Source: Candidatus Latescibacterota bacterium (GTDB taxonomy: Bacteria; Latescibacterota; UBA2968). Taken from it: DNA of 64,000 nucleotides. The notes under the pieces are model-generated. The model did no database searches. It was given only the letters and a program-made list of their open reading frames with translations, and had not been told where the DNA came from. Positions 19,664 through 28,415 of the stretch are shown here, piece by piece (positions within the stretch are counted from its first letter, which is position 1; the number at the start of each line of letters is the position of its first letter). The stretch covers positions 3,168,001-3,232,000 of the forward strand of contig OZ244960.1 of the NCBI GenBank assembly GCA_965222605.1. Reading direction: 5' to 3'. Made by a program: the position numbers and the translations under genes.

Positions 19664-20908
19664 TTAGACTCGATTCTGGTCGGCGACAGTGGCGACAATT
19701 TGGGCGGCGAGGTCACAGTGTTCGGGTTGGTATTTTTCGCAAAACGTCGTCCAGCGGATGAAATTGTCGAGAAAGTCCCGGGCATTGGGACAGGTGTTTG
19801 CGCCGTATTTGTAGGTGTGGGATGCCGGGGGTTTGGAGAAGGGAAAGAGGTGTTTTTCGGCTTTATCTGTTAAAAAGGGCAGGGCAGCGGGCATGAGATA
19901 GTATTTTCCGAGTCCCGCACCGGTGAGTCCTGCATCGGCGACTTGCTGTGCAAAGGATTCGGCGTTGCATCTAAAGGCATTGGGGTCGATGCTGAATCCG
20001 GCCATCCAGCAGGAATAGATTTCCATGTAATCTGGGATAGATAGTGGGATGATGCCGGGTATTTCGGCGAGTTTGTCGGTGATGAGGCGAATCATGCGGT
20101 CGATATGTGCAACGGCCGGGCGGATGATTTCGAGTTGTGCAAGGGTGATGGCAGCGGTCGATTGGGTCATGCGGAGGGCGTATCCATTTACGGCGTGTAC
20201 GCGCCCCAGTCCTTCAACCATTTGTCCGCCTCTGCTTTGACCGACAAACCGAATTTGTTCGTCGAGTTCATCGTCATCTGTAATGACACAGCCGCCGACG
20301 TCGGAGCCGAGTGTTTTTTCGGAGTCGAATGAGAAGGCTGCGACATCGCCGAGGGTGCCTGCAAGGCGGCCTTTGTACGTGCCAAATACGGCCTGGCATA
20401 CGTCTTCAATGACGGTCAGGCCATGTTTTTTTCCCAGCGCGTGGATGGGGTCCATGTCGCAGATGAGACCGGTTATGTGGACGGCGAGAATGGCTCGCGT
20501 GCGGTTGGTGATACAGGGTGCGATGGTGCGGGCGCTGATGAGCGGTGTGTCGGGTTCGGTGTCGGGGAAGACCGGGATGTAGTTTTCTTTGAGCAGTCCC
20601 ATAACCGTGCCGTAGTCGGTGATGGGCGATACGATGATTTCATCGCCGGGTTCGAGACTGAGCGCGGCTGCGAGTATGTTGAGCGCTGCGGTGCATCCGG
20701 GTGTGCCGATGCAGTGTTTGATGCCCATTTCTCTTTCAAAAGCGGCTTCAAATCGCCGAACCATGTCGCATTGCAGGCCCGATGTTACGACTTCCTGAAG
20801 GTATGTCAGGCAATTTGAACCCATGGTGCGCGGGAAGGGTTGGGGCAGGCTACCTCTGAGTCCGTCAAATGCTTCGGCACCGTATTTTGCGCGTTCTTGA
20901 ATAGACAT
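19664..20908 (-). CDS. DegT/DnrJ/EryC1/StrS family aminotransferase
   Basis: PGDEIIV, VIEDVCQA and FSFDSEKT (PLP lysine). Confidence 0.88.
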   Translation of the reverse strand: MSIQERAKYGAEAFDGLRGSLPQPFPRTMGSNCLTYLQEVVTSGLQCDMVRRFEAAFEREMGIKHCIGTPGCTAALNILAAALSLEPGDEIIVSPITDYGTVMGLLKENYIPVFPDTEPDTPLISARTIAPCITNRTRAILAVHITGLICDMDPIHALGKKHGLTVIEDVCQAVFGTYKGRLAGTLGDVAAFSFDSEKTLGSDVGGCVITDDDELDEQIRFVGQSRGGQMVEGLGRVHAVNGYALRMTQSTAAITLAQLEIIRPAVAHIDRMIRLITDKLAEIPGIIPLSIPDYMEIYSCWMAGFSIDPNAFRCNAESFAQQVADAGLTGAGLGKYYLMPAALPFLTDKAEKHLFPFSKPPASHTYKYGANTCPNARDFLDNFIRWTTFCEKYQPEHCDLAAQIVATVADQNRV

Positions 20909-20929
20909 GTTACCACCTGAGCGATTTTT

Positions 20930-21466
20930 TTAATCATTGGATAGTGCTTCAAAGGATAGCGTATCAGCCACTGATTTTATTACGGTGGCAATGCGGGCGA
21001 TATCTGCGATTTGTTGTGCGTCAATGCCCAGCTTGTTCAATTGCGATGCGTGTGCGTTTACACAAATACCACACGCGTTCACTACACTCGCCGAGAGGCT
21101 CCACGCTTCGAACAAAGCGCGATCGACACCGCCGTGGGTCAGCACGGCATTCATGCGCAATTTGGGCGGCTGTTTCTTTACTTCGTTGTCCCGAATGAGA
21201 TCGGTGAATTTATACCATACATTGGTCATGCTCATCATGGCAGCAGCGGATTTCACGGCTTTTATGTGTTTTTCGTCCATAACAGCCTGTGCGTCCTCGG
21301 CGATATTCTGAATTACCTGTGCATTTTTTGATACCAGTGCCGCTGTGAGTGCCGACCCCCAGGCCATGGCTGGGTCGAGACGAGACGCAGATATTACCGA
21401 TCCCAGGTTCAACCGAATATCCCGCGCATAGTCGGGCATTGCCGATCTCAGATTATCTATACCCAT
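20930..21466 (-). CDS. ahpD: Alkyl hydroperoxide reductase AhpD
   Basis: PDYARDIRLNL, MSMTNVWY and FEAWSLSASVVNACGICVNAH (CxxC). Confidence 0.88.
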   Translation of the reverse strand: MGIDNLRSAMPDYARDIRLNLGSVISASRLDPAMAWGSALTAALVSKNAQVIQNIAEDAQAVMDEKHIKAVKSAAAMMSMTNVWYKFTDLIRDNEVKKQPPKLRMNAVLTHGGVDRALFEAWSLSASVVNACGICVNAHASQLNKLGIDAQQIADIARIATVIKSVADTLSFEALSND

Positions 21467-21484
21467 AAAATCTCCTGTATGACG

Positions 21485-21524
21485 TACAAAGCGCAGAGAA
21501 CGGCATTGCTCTCTGCGCTTTGTA
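21485..21524. terminator. Strong hairpin between the membrane-protein genes and ahpD
   Basis: TACAAAGCGCAGAGA...TCTCTGCGCTTTGTA. Confidence 0.65.
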
Positions 21525-21637
21525 TAAAATTACTTTTGTGCTGATTTAACCATTCTTCATCATCAGACAAAGGATGAATCAGTACGGCTATAATACCGTG
21601 GACCAGCGGTTACAGGTCGCTGATCCACCAGTCATCT

Positions 21638-21964
21638 TTAACCTTTGACGCGATTGAACGTCCTCATTGCGAATACGGCTATGACGCTGGCATACAGAGC
21701 GGTAACGATCGGATCGACGATGGCGTCCAGGCTGGCGCCAATTCCCTGTATGTTGCTCAACACGTTCGCATCTCCAGCAGCGCCGACCGCAAGCGCAACC
21801 ACCAGATAGGCTGTCGCGTCCTCAGCATCAACCGCCATCCCCCCGTACACCAGGCCCAGAAGCACCAGCACGAGCGGCACAATTCCCATAGGGATCGCGT
21901 CGGCCGCCAAGCCCTGAATAATCGCCAGAACGACGATCAGGCCAATAATAATCCTGTTTACCAT
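21638..21964 (-). CDS. Small multi-TM membrane protein of unknown function (paralog B)
   Basis: 108 aa, hydrophobic. GGGAGG RBS before ATG 21964. Shares AVDAEDATAYLVVALAVGAA with its neighbour. Confidence 0.8.
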   Translation of the reverse strand: MVNRIIIGLIVVLAIIQGLAADAIPMGIVPLVLVLLGLVYGGMAVDAEDATAYLVVALAVGAAGDANVLSNIQGIGASLDAIVDPIVTALYASVIAVFAMRTFNRVKG

Positions 21965-22058
21965 TTCTACCTCCCAGAATAAGTTAGTGTGTCGCTTACA
22001 GACGGAGTGCAAATGTACCACCCCGTACAAAGGCTCTAAAAAACGATTTTAGAAGCCT

Positions 22059-22385
22059 TTAACCCTTGATGAGGTTTGCCGCCTTTGTCACGAGTATGGC
22101 TATGACACCGGCATACAAAGCGGTACTGATCGGATCGACGATGGCGTCCAGGTGGGCGCCAATTCCCTGTATGTGGCTCAACACATCGGATCCTGCAGCA
22201 GCGCCGACCGCAAGCGCAACCACCAGGTAGGCTGTCGCGTCCTCAGCGTCAACCGCCACTATCGCGTAGAGTAAGCCCAGAATTACCAACGCAAGTGGCA
22301 CAAGTCCCCCAGGGATCGCGTCGGGCAACAAGCCCTGCACAATCGCGAGAAGGATGACCAGACCAACAATAATTCTGCTTGCCAT
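22059..22385 (-). CDS. Small multi-TM membrane protein of unknown function (paralog A)
   Basis: 108-aa paralog of 21638-21964 with the same RBS context, ATTCTGGGAGGTAGAAATG. Confidence 0.8.
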   Translation of the reverse strand: MASRIIVGLVILLAIVQGLLPDAIPGGLVPLALVILGLLYAIVAVDAEDATAYLVVALAVGAAAGSDVLSHIQGIGAHLDAIVDPISTALYAGVIAILVTKAANLIKG

Positions 22386-22665
22386 TTCTACCTCCCAGAA
22401 TGTAGTTGTGTCACTGCCTGCGTGATAACGCAGGCGTAACGGTTACAGACGGAGTGACACAAAATGCACCACCCCCGTCCCTCCCTAAAAGTGTATGAAT
22501 ATGATCTTAGGTCATGGACAAGATAACTCAATTTTTTTCGAAATCAAGCTAAACTTATAGGGACGGTAAATATTTTTTTATTTATTTTGTTGGATGTAAC
22601 TTGTAGATTATATTTTGTGGGAAACTCAATTTTATCAATACCTTCAGACAATTTATTGCGCTTTT

Positions 22666-24447
22666 ATGTTCTCTTTCTCTCCCAACGATTTTCTCGCCTG
22701 TAATGGCACGCGCATAGGTGCTGAGTATCTGCATGGTCGCATGCAAACCCTCCGCGATGAGATTGAACCTGCCCTGACGAAACAGCATCCAGACTTTACC
22801 GCTGTTATTTCACCTGTTTACACGACGACTAATTTTCGCTCCAATCCCAGCCGGCCCCGGGATCACGCGTGTCTCTATTTTGTCGATCGCAAGCTGAAGA
22901 AAAGCGCGTTTCCCCGGTTGCCTCAGCTGGGTATTTATTTGCACCACAATGCCGTTGCCATAGGTTTTTACTCTGGCTGGTGGACTTCCGAGGCAATGAA
23001 AATGGCTCTTGCTGACCGCAAGAAGTTTCGCGGTCTGGTGCCGCGCAAGGGGTATCGCTGTTTGGCTGGCGATATTATTGTTGAATCACCCGGTCGTTCA
23101 GTGCCCTGGTCGCCTTCCAGACTTGAGGGGGTTGATCGCTCTTTGTTTGTTGGTTCGATTCTCACGCCCGAGGAAGCCGCGGCGCCGAGGCTTATTGACG
23201 ATATCAATGGGGTGCTTGCGGATCTCTACGCGCTGTATGCGGTATTTACAGGAGCCAGATACCGGGCCTCTAAAAGCAGTATTGTATATCAGGTGCCCGA
23301 TCCCGCAGAAGCCGGTATTGTGCGGGATGCGCTTGTGCCGGTGGAGGCCGAGCTTTTGTGCGATCTTTACCGGTTCACGGCGCTGAAGAATTTCCATATT
23401 GAAGCGAGTATGTTGTTCAATCTCTATCTGTGTCTTAAGACGAAGCCTTTTCTCATTCTGGCAGGGATATCTGGGACGGGCAAGAGCACTGTGATTCGCC
23501 TTTTGGCCGAGGCGATCAATGGTCTCGATAAGGGTCGGGCCAGGGGGTATCGCCTCATTCCCGTGCGCCCGGATTGGAATGATGTGCGCGATTTGCTCGG
23601 GTTTGAAAATTTGCTTACGGGGGTGTTTCGCCCCGGTGCGTTGCTTCAGGCGATGTGCGAAGCACAAGCCGATCCGGACCGTCCTTATTTTGTGTGTTTG
23701 GACGAGATGAATCTCGCCCGCGTAGAACACTATTTTGCCGATTTTTTGAGTGTTATGGAAACGGCGAGACGCACGCCGGATGGCGCGTGGACAACAGATC
23801 CGATTGAGCTCGCGCAGGGAGGCGATATTGTGTCAACAGATGAGATGGGAGACCTGCCTCCGCGTCTGCCGATTCCGCCCAATTTGTTTGTTGCAGGCAC
23901 GGTTAATATGGACGAGACGACTTATACGTTTAGTCCCAAGGTGCTCGACCGGGCAAATACTGTTGCTTTTGACCGCGTTGATCTGGGTCTATCGGATTAT
24001 GATCCAGATATGCAAATTGATTCGACTGCCCTGCGCGCCCTCGGTGCAGCACTTATTGACCGTCCCTATCGCCAGTTGGAAGATGTTCGCCACCGCGATG
24101 AGGTTATTGCGTGGAATGAACCGTTAGAGGAGATCAATGCGATGCTCGCCGAAGAAGATCTGCATTTTGGCTATCGCATTCGCGACGAGGTTCTCATCTA
24201 TATGGCGTATGCGCTCGATCTGATTGAGGGGCTTCCATCAAATGCGCCAGCGTTCACGCCCCGAGACGCTTTTGATTATCAAATTTTACAAAAAATTCTC
24301 CCACGCCTGTCCGGCGCAGGAGAAGAACTCGCAGATCTGCTCGATACGCTTATCGCTTTTTGCGATCTCTCATATCCCCGCACAACTCACAAACTCCAGC
24401 GCGTTAAACGCCGTCTTGAACTCACGGGCTTTGTCAGTTTTTGGTAG
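22666..24447 (+). CDS. McrB family AAA+ NTPase with an N-terminal specificity domain
   Basis: KPFLILAGISGTGKS, VRPDW, LDEMNLARVEHYFADFLS, GTVNMDETT..FSPKVLDRAN, QKILPRL and a GFVSFW end. Confidence 0.88.
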   Translation: MFSFSPNDFLACNGTRIGAEYLHGRMQTLRDEIEPALTKQHPDFTAVISPVYTTTNFRSNPSRPRDHACLYFVDRKLKKSAFPRLPQLGIYLHHNAVAIGFYSGWWTSEAMKMALADRKKFRGLVPRKGYRCLAGDIIVESPGRSVPWSPSRLEGVDRSLFVGSILTPEEAAAPRLIDDINGVLADLYALYAVFTGARYRASKSSIVYQVPDPAEAGIVRDALVPVEAELLCDLYRFTALKNFHIEASMLFNLYLCLKTKPFLILAGISGTGKSTVIRLLAEAINGLDKGRARGYRLIPVRPDWNDVRDLLGFENLLTGVFRPGALLQAMCEAQADPDRPYFVCLDEMNLARVEHYFADFLSVMETARRTPDGAWTTDPIELAQGGDIVSTDEMGDLPPRLPIPPNLFVAGTVNMDETTYTFSPKVLDRANTVAFDRVDLGLSDYDPDMQIDSTALRALGAALIDRPYRQLEDVRHRDEVIAWNEPLEEINAMLAEEDLHFGYRIRDEVLIYMAYALDLIEGLPSNAPAFTPRDAFDYQILQKILPRLSGAGEELADLLDTLIAFCDLSYPRTTHKLQRVKRRLELTGFVSFW

Positions 24448-24724
24448 GTAAAATTCCAAATTTTTCGCGCAGTCCACGAAGTTCATATTCGAAATTTTCG
24501 GGGGAGTAATCAATCGCAGGCACATGATGATCATTCATGAGATCTAAAAAATCATGCCGGGACAGGTTAAGCAACTCTGCACCCTTTCCCACACTGATTT
24601 TTCCTGTACGCACCAAATCTAAAACGGTTGCCCGGGTGGCCTCTTTTGTTGCTTTCTGAGCACCACCGAGTATTTCGACGAGTGGCTCAGGCAACCTGAT
24701 CGTCAATTCCTTTTCAGTAGCCAA
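24434..24724 (-). CDS. UPF0175 family protein (putative antitoxin)
   Basis: GKISVGKGAELLNLSRHDFLDLM...V...Y signature; TTG start. Confidence 0.8.
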   Translation of the reverse strand: MATEKELTIRLPEPLVEILGGAQKATKEATRATVLDLVRTGKISVGKGAELLNLSRHDFLDLMNDHHVPAIDYSPENFEYELRGLREKFGILPTKN

Positions 24725-24727
24725 GAT

Positions 24728-25279
24728 TCATCTCTTGTATTCTGATTTTGTGATCTCAAAGTCCAGCGTCTTTCCGTTATCCATTTCTCTTGAGACGGTC
24801 AATCCACATGACCGCCACAAGGCTTTTGAACGCTCGTTGTCTGCACGCACATCCATCGCGCAGAATCGATCAATTCCCAATTCCTCAAATGCGTACGCCA
24901 TCAGGCGTCGCACCACTTCTTTTCCATAGCCTTTATCCCATTGGGATTTGTCCCATATCCCAATGGGCAAGCGCATTATCTTCTCACTCTCGATTTTTGC
25001 CCGTTCCAAATTCATCCACTGCAAACATACTTCGCCAATGGTTCGTCCACTCGCCTTTTCCTCAATTGCAAATAGGAATCCCTGTTTTGCCATGTGTTTG
25101 CCTACACGTCTGAGATAGTCACCTGTCACGGGTTCTTCAGGTGGCTCTCCCTCCATTGCATTCAGAAAATCGGGATCTCGATAAAAAGGCACCGCGAGAT
25201 CAAAATCAGCGTCCTCAAATGGTCGAAGCCTCAAGCGTTCTGTTTTCAGGTGAATATTGTGAAGAGCAAAGTTGTCCAT
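24728..25279 (-). CDS. GNAT family acetyltransferase (RimJ/RimL-like)
   Basis: LKTERLRLRPF, WDKGYGKE and DNERSKALWRSCG. Confidence 0.85.
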   Translation of the reverse strand: MDNFALHNIHLKTERLRLRPFEDADFDLAVPFYRDPDFLNAMEGEPPEEPVTGDYLRRVGKHMAKQGFLFAIEEKASGRTIGEVCLQWMNLERAKIESEKIMRLPIGIWDKSQWDKGYGKEVVRRLMAYAFEELGIDRFCAMDVRADNERSKALWRSCGLTVSREMDNGKTLDFEITKSEYKR

Positions 25280-25600
25280 CTATTGAATCACGGATCTCGA
25301 TGTTGCGTTCAGGCGCGTTACCACGATGCGCTCTCGGTCAATTAGCGCACCTACCTGATCGCTCAATGTGTCGGTCCAGTACGGGTCTTCATAGACGGCT
25401 TTGTAGAGTTGCTCCCTTTGTTCCTCGCTTTCAAATCGACGGATCCACACGTAGAGATCGTCTTCTTCTTCGCCGACAAAACTACCGATAACTACCATGC
25501 CTTTTGATATTTGAAATGGGATGATTTCACTCTCCATAAATGCAACCCATTCTTCTCGTTTTCCAGGTTGGGTGCGATATTGACGTAATTCAAAAAACAT
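25280..25600 (-). CDS. NIPSNAP family protein
   Basis: MFFELRQYRTQPGKREEWV and YVWIRRFESEEQR. Start moved to ATG 25600. Confidence 0.88.
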   Translation of the reverse strand: MFFELRQYRTQPGKREEWVAFMESEIIPFQISKGMVVIGSFVGEEEDDLYVWIRRFESEEQREQLYKAVYEDPYWTDTLSDQVGALIDRERIVVTRLNATSRSVIQ

Positions 25601-25634
25601 ATTTTTTTCCTTTGTGAGTGTTGTGATGGGAATC

Positions 25635-25862
25635 TCATGTCGAAGAAACAGACATAAGCCTGCGCTCTCGGTCCGCGGCAAATGCCAGGCAGGCGCGAAT
25701 GTCTTCTCGTGTAAGTTCGGGAAAGTCACTCAAGATTTCTTCAACAGACATGTCTGAGGCAAGATAGTCAAGCACGTCATAAACGGTGATCCGCATGCCG
25801 CGAATACACGGTTTCCCACTGCGTTTGCCAGGTTCAATGGTGATGATGTGTTGGTAGTCCAT
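25635..25862 (-). CDS. DUF433 domain protein (putative antitoxin)
   Basis: ITIEPGKRSGKPCIRGMRITVYDVLDYLAS...FPELTREDIRACLAFAADRE. Confidence 0.92.
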   Translation of the reverse strand: MDYQHIITIEPGKRSGKPCIRGMRITVYDVLDYLASDMSVEEILSDFPELTREDIRACLAFAADRERRLMSVSST

Positions 25863-26091
25863 TGTCTTCCTTTTTTTAAAGGATTAAAATGCACGGCGAC
25901 GATTTAACTAATAGCCCGTAAGTCCCATCGCATCGGCTTTAGCGATGGGTCGCATGGCGAAGGGCTTACGAATCCCTACTTTCGCAGGGACATGCTTATG
26001 GAGCGGTGCTCTATCAGTGGGCATATCGCTAAGAGGCGATATGGATGCGGTGCGCCAACCAGATTTTTCCTCTATTCCCACGAAAAATGAC

Positions 26092-26120
26092 TTGACATAA
26101 TATACTCATAACTATATATT
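26092..26120 (+). promoter_or_regulatory. Sigma70 promoter of tnpB (leaderless)
   Basis: TTGACA-17 bp-TATATT, with the ATG 6 nt downstream and no SD. Confidence 0.6.
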
Positions 26121-26126
26121 TTTATT

Positions 26127-27245
26127 ATGCTTAAGTCCTTTAAATACAGATTGCGTCCGACGAAAAAACAGGAGAAAATCCTACTGGCGCACATTGAAGA
26201 ATGTCGCTTGCTGTATAACCAACTTGTCTGTGCAAGAGTGCAAGCATGGGAAAAGAATAAAGAAAGTTTATCTCGTTTCGAGCAACAGGCGACATTGCCA
26301 ATGCTGAAGCAACAGCGTATATCTTTTTCTCTTGTATACTCTCAAGTTCTTCAGCAAGTATGCCAGAGAGTAGATTGGGCGTTCAAAGGATTTTTCCGTC
26401 GCCTCAAAGAGCGGGCAAAGACGGGCGAGAAAGCTGGCTTTCCAAGATACAAGGGTCAGAATCGCTATGATTCTATCACCTATCCTCAGTTTTCCAACGG
26501 ATGCTGGCTGGACGAGAAGGGCTTGCGATTGGGTAAGATAGGCTGTATTCGTGTTGTGCAACACAGACATCTTGAAGGAACGCCCAAATCTTGCACAGTC
26601 ACACGCACGGCTACTGGTAAGTGGTTCGTGTCTATCTCTTGCGATATTGGTAGTGTGCGAGAAAAACGGGATGATGGCTCTGCCATAGGCATTGACGTGG
26701 GCATTGAAAAGTTCGCCGTGTTTTCTGACGAGACAAAGGTCGCTAATCCTCGCTTTTTTCAAAAAGAGGAAAAGGCACTTGCCAAAGCACAACGCAAGTG
26801 GGATAAAGTTAAAAAAGCGTCGCCAAAGAGACGCGAGAGAGCACGTAAGGTTGTTGCCAGAGTGCATGAGCGTATCCGTAATAAGCGACATAATTTTGTG
26901 CATCAAGCGTCTCGAAAGATAGTGAATAAATACGGCTTTGTTGCCGTAGAGAAGTTGAAAGTTAAAGCGATGCAAAAGCGTCGCCGTTTGTCTAAGCGTA
27001 TTTCCGACGTAGCGTGGTCACTGTTTCGGCATTGTCTCGAATACAAAGCGGAAGAGGCTGGTATTGGATTCAAGGCCGTAAATCCTAAATATACGTCGCA
27101 AGACTGTTCAGCTTGCGGACACAGAGAGAAGAAAGAACTTTCTGATCGTGTGCATCAGTGTAGGCAATGTGGTTATACCACAGACAGAGACCACAATGCT
27201 GCGATAAACATATTGACTTTGGGATTACAAAGTCAGGTGGCTTGA
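26127..27245 (+). CDS. tnpB: RNA-guided endonuclease TnpB
   Basis: FKYRLRPT N-terminus, RuvC D/E/D residues (GIDVG, AVEKL, DRDHNAAINI) and zinc finger CSACG..CRQCG. Confidence 0.95.
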   Translation: MLKSFKYRLRPTKKQEKILLAHIEECRLLYNQLVCARVQAWEKNKESLSRFEQQATLPMLKQQRISFSLVYSQVLQQVCQRVDWAFKGFFRRLKERAKTGEKAGFPRYKGQNRYDSITYPQFSNGCWLDEKGLRLGKIGCIRVVQHRHLEGTPKSCTVTRTATGKWFVSISCDIGSVREKRDDGSAIGIDVGIEKFAVFSDETKVANPRFFQKEEKALAKAQRKWDKVKKASPKRRERARKVVARVHERIRNKRHNFVHQASRKIVNKYGFVAVEKLKVKAMQKRRRLSKRISDVAWSLFRHCLEYKAEEAGIGFKAVNPKYTSQDCSACGHREKKELSDRVHQCRQCGYTTDRDHNAAINILTLGLQSQVA

Positions 27246-27282
27246 CCGCCAAGAAGCCCAACTCCTCTATCGTTGGGAGTAA

Positions 27283-28359
27283 TCACATTTGTTCATACCA
27301 CCGCACATTGCCGGTTGACATACCGCTTGCTGCGATGTCCAATTTGCCGTTGCCGTTGATATCTACGACTTCCATTTGCCCCATGCCAATGCCGTTGTCG
27401 ATTTGTTCAATGTGCCATGTGTCTGTTTTCAGGTTCTCTGGACGATAGATGTTGAGGGCTGTGCCCGGACCGTTGTATCCGGCGACGACTTCCAGTGCGT
27501 TGTCGCTGTCTATGTCGCCACACCACAGGGAATGTCCGCGGTTGAGTTTGTCGCTGATTAGATGGCGTTCCCACGCGCCTGTTCGGATGTCGCTGGCCGC
27601 TTTGTACCAGACGAGTTCATTGCCGTGCCAGGGTTCGATGGATAGTATTTCATTCACGCCATCTCCATCTATATCTACGGCAAAGGTCTCGCTGCTTTCG
27701 CGGGGGCTTATGGTCCACCGGTTCCAGTTTTCCGCAAATCCATCCCCTTTGGGTGGCTCAAACCAGATCAGGCCGTCGCGTGTGCCGAGCAATAAATCCA
27801 TGCGGCCATCGCCATCTACGTCGCATACACTCAGGCCGTGATTGAGTCTCAATTGCCCATCGATTAATCGTTTTTCCCACGGTTCATTTACCGGGTCTTG
27901 GGGCACGCGATAACACCACAATTCACCCGGCGCATCAAAATCGTTGATATGGCTTCCCGCCCCTTGCAATGTCGCTACAAATAGCAGGGGTTGCCCGTTG
28001 ACATCTACCATTGCTATGCGGTGTAAATAGGGTACCCAGTCGATGAAGTGTTGTGTCCAGGCAGGTGCTTGAAACCAGTGCAAGTACTCCGGTGGTATCC
28101 GCTGTCTTCGCGCAAATCCGCTGCCTGCAATTACGTCTTTTCGACCGTTGCCCGTGACGTCGAATACCGATAGGGCGATGGTGCCGGGGTGCGCTTCTGA
28201 GATTATTTGTTTCTCAAAATCGGGACCTTCGTACAGGGCGATCATCGAGATTCCCGTGGAGCCGACCACGATGTCCAGGTGTCCTGTGCCTGTGACATCG
28301 GCGACTGTCATGCCATAGGCGCTGAGGATGTTGTCGTCTATTTCGTGAATTTTGAACAT
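27283..28359 (-). CDS. FG-GAP/VCBS repeat beta-propeller protein
   Basis: Repeated DVDGDGRMD-type motifs and EPWHGNE. GGAG RBS before ATG 28359. Confidence 0.82.
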   Translation of the reverse strand: MFKIHEIDDNILSAYGMTVADVTGTGHLDIVVGSTGISMIALYEGPDFEKQIISEAHPGTIALSVFDVTGNGRKDVIAGSGFARRQRIPPEYLHWFQAPAWTQHFIDWVPYLHRIAMVDVNGQPLLFVATLQGAGSHINDFDAPGELWCYRVPQDPVNEPWEKRLIDGQLRLNHGLSVCDVDGDGRMDLLLGTRDGLIWFEPPKGDGFAENWNRWTISPRESSETFAVDIDGDGVNEILSIEPWHGNELVWYKAASDIRTGAWERHLISDKLNRGHSLWCGDIDSDNALEVVAGYNGPGTALNIYRPENLKTDTWHIEQIDNGIGMGQMEVVDINGNGKLDIAASGMSTGNVRWYEQM

Positions 28360-28415
28360 GTGTTCTCCAGTTTTGACTGTTCTCCTTATCGCTAATGGCT
28401 CAATATACCGCGTGT

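Larger units (their letters stand above)
25912..27286 (+). mobile_element. IS200/IS605 family element, TnpB only (IS1341-like)
   Basis: Left-end hairpin CCCATCGC..GCGATGGG (25924-25948) and right-end hairpin CCCAAC..GTTGGG ending in TCAC (27286). Removing the element restores the neighbour gene end E-Q-I-stop. Confidence 0.82.

Noticed and set aside
25950-26090. tnpA remnant between the left end and tnpB
   Set aside because: I recognised no HUH or serine-recombinase motif, and the space is only about 140 bp.
26127-27245. Cas12f-type CRISPR effector
   Set aside because: There is no adjacent array or cas1/cas2, and IS605-type end hairpins flank the gene.
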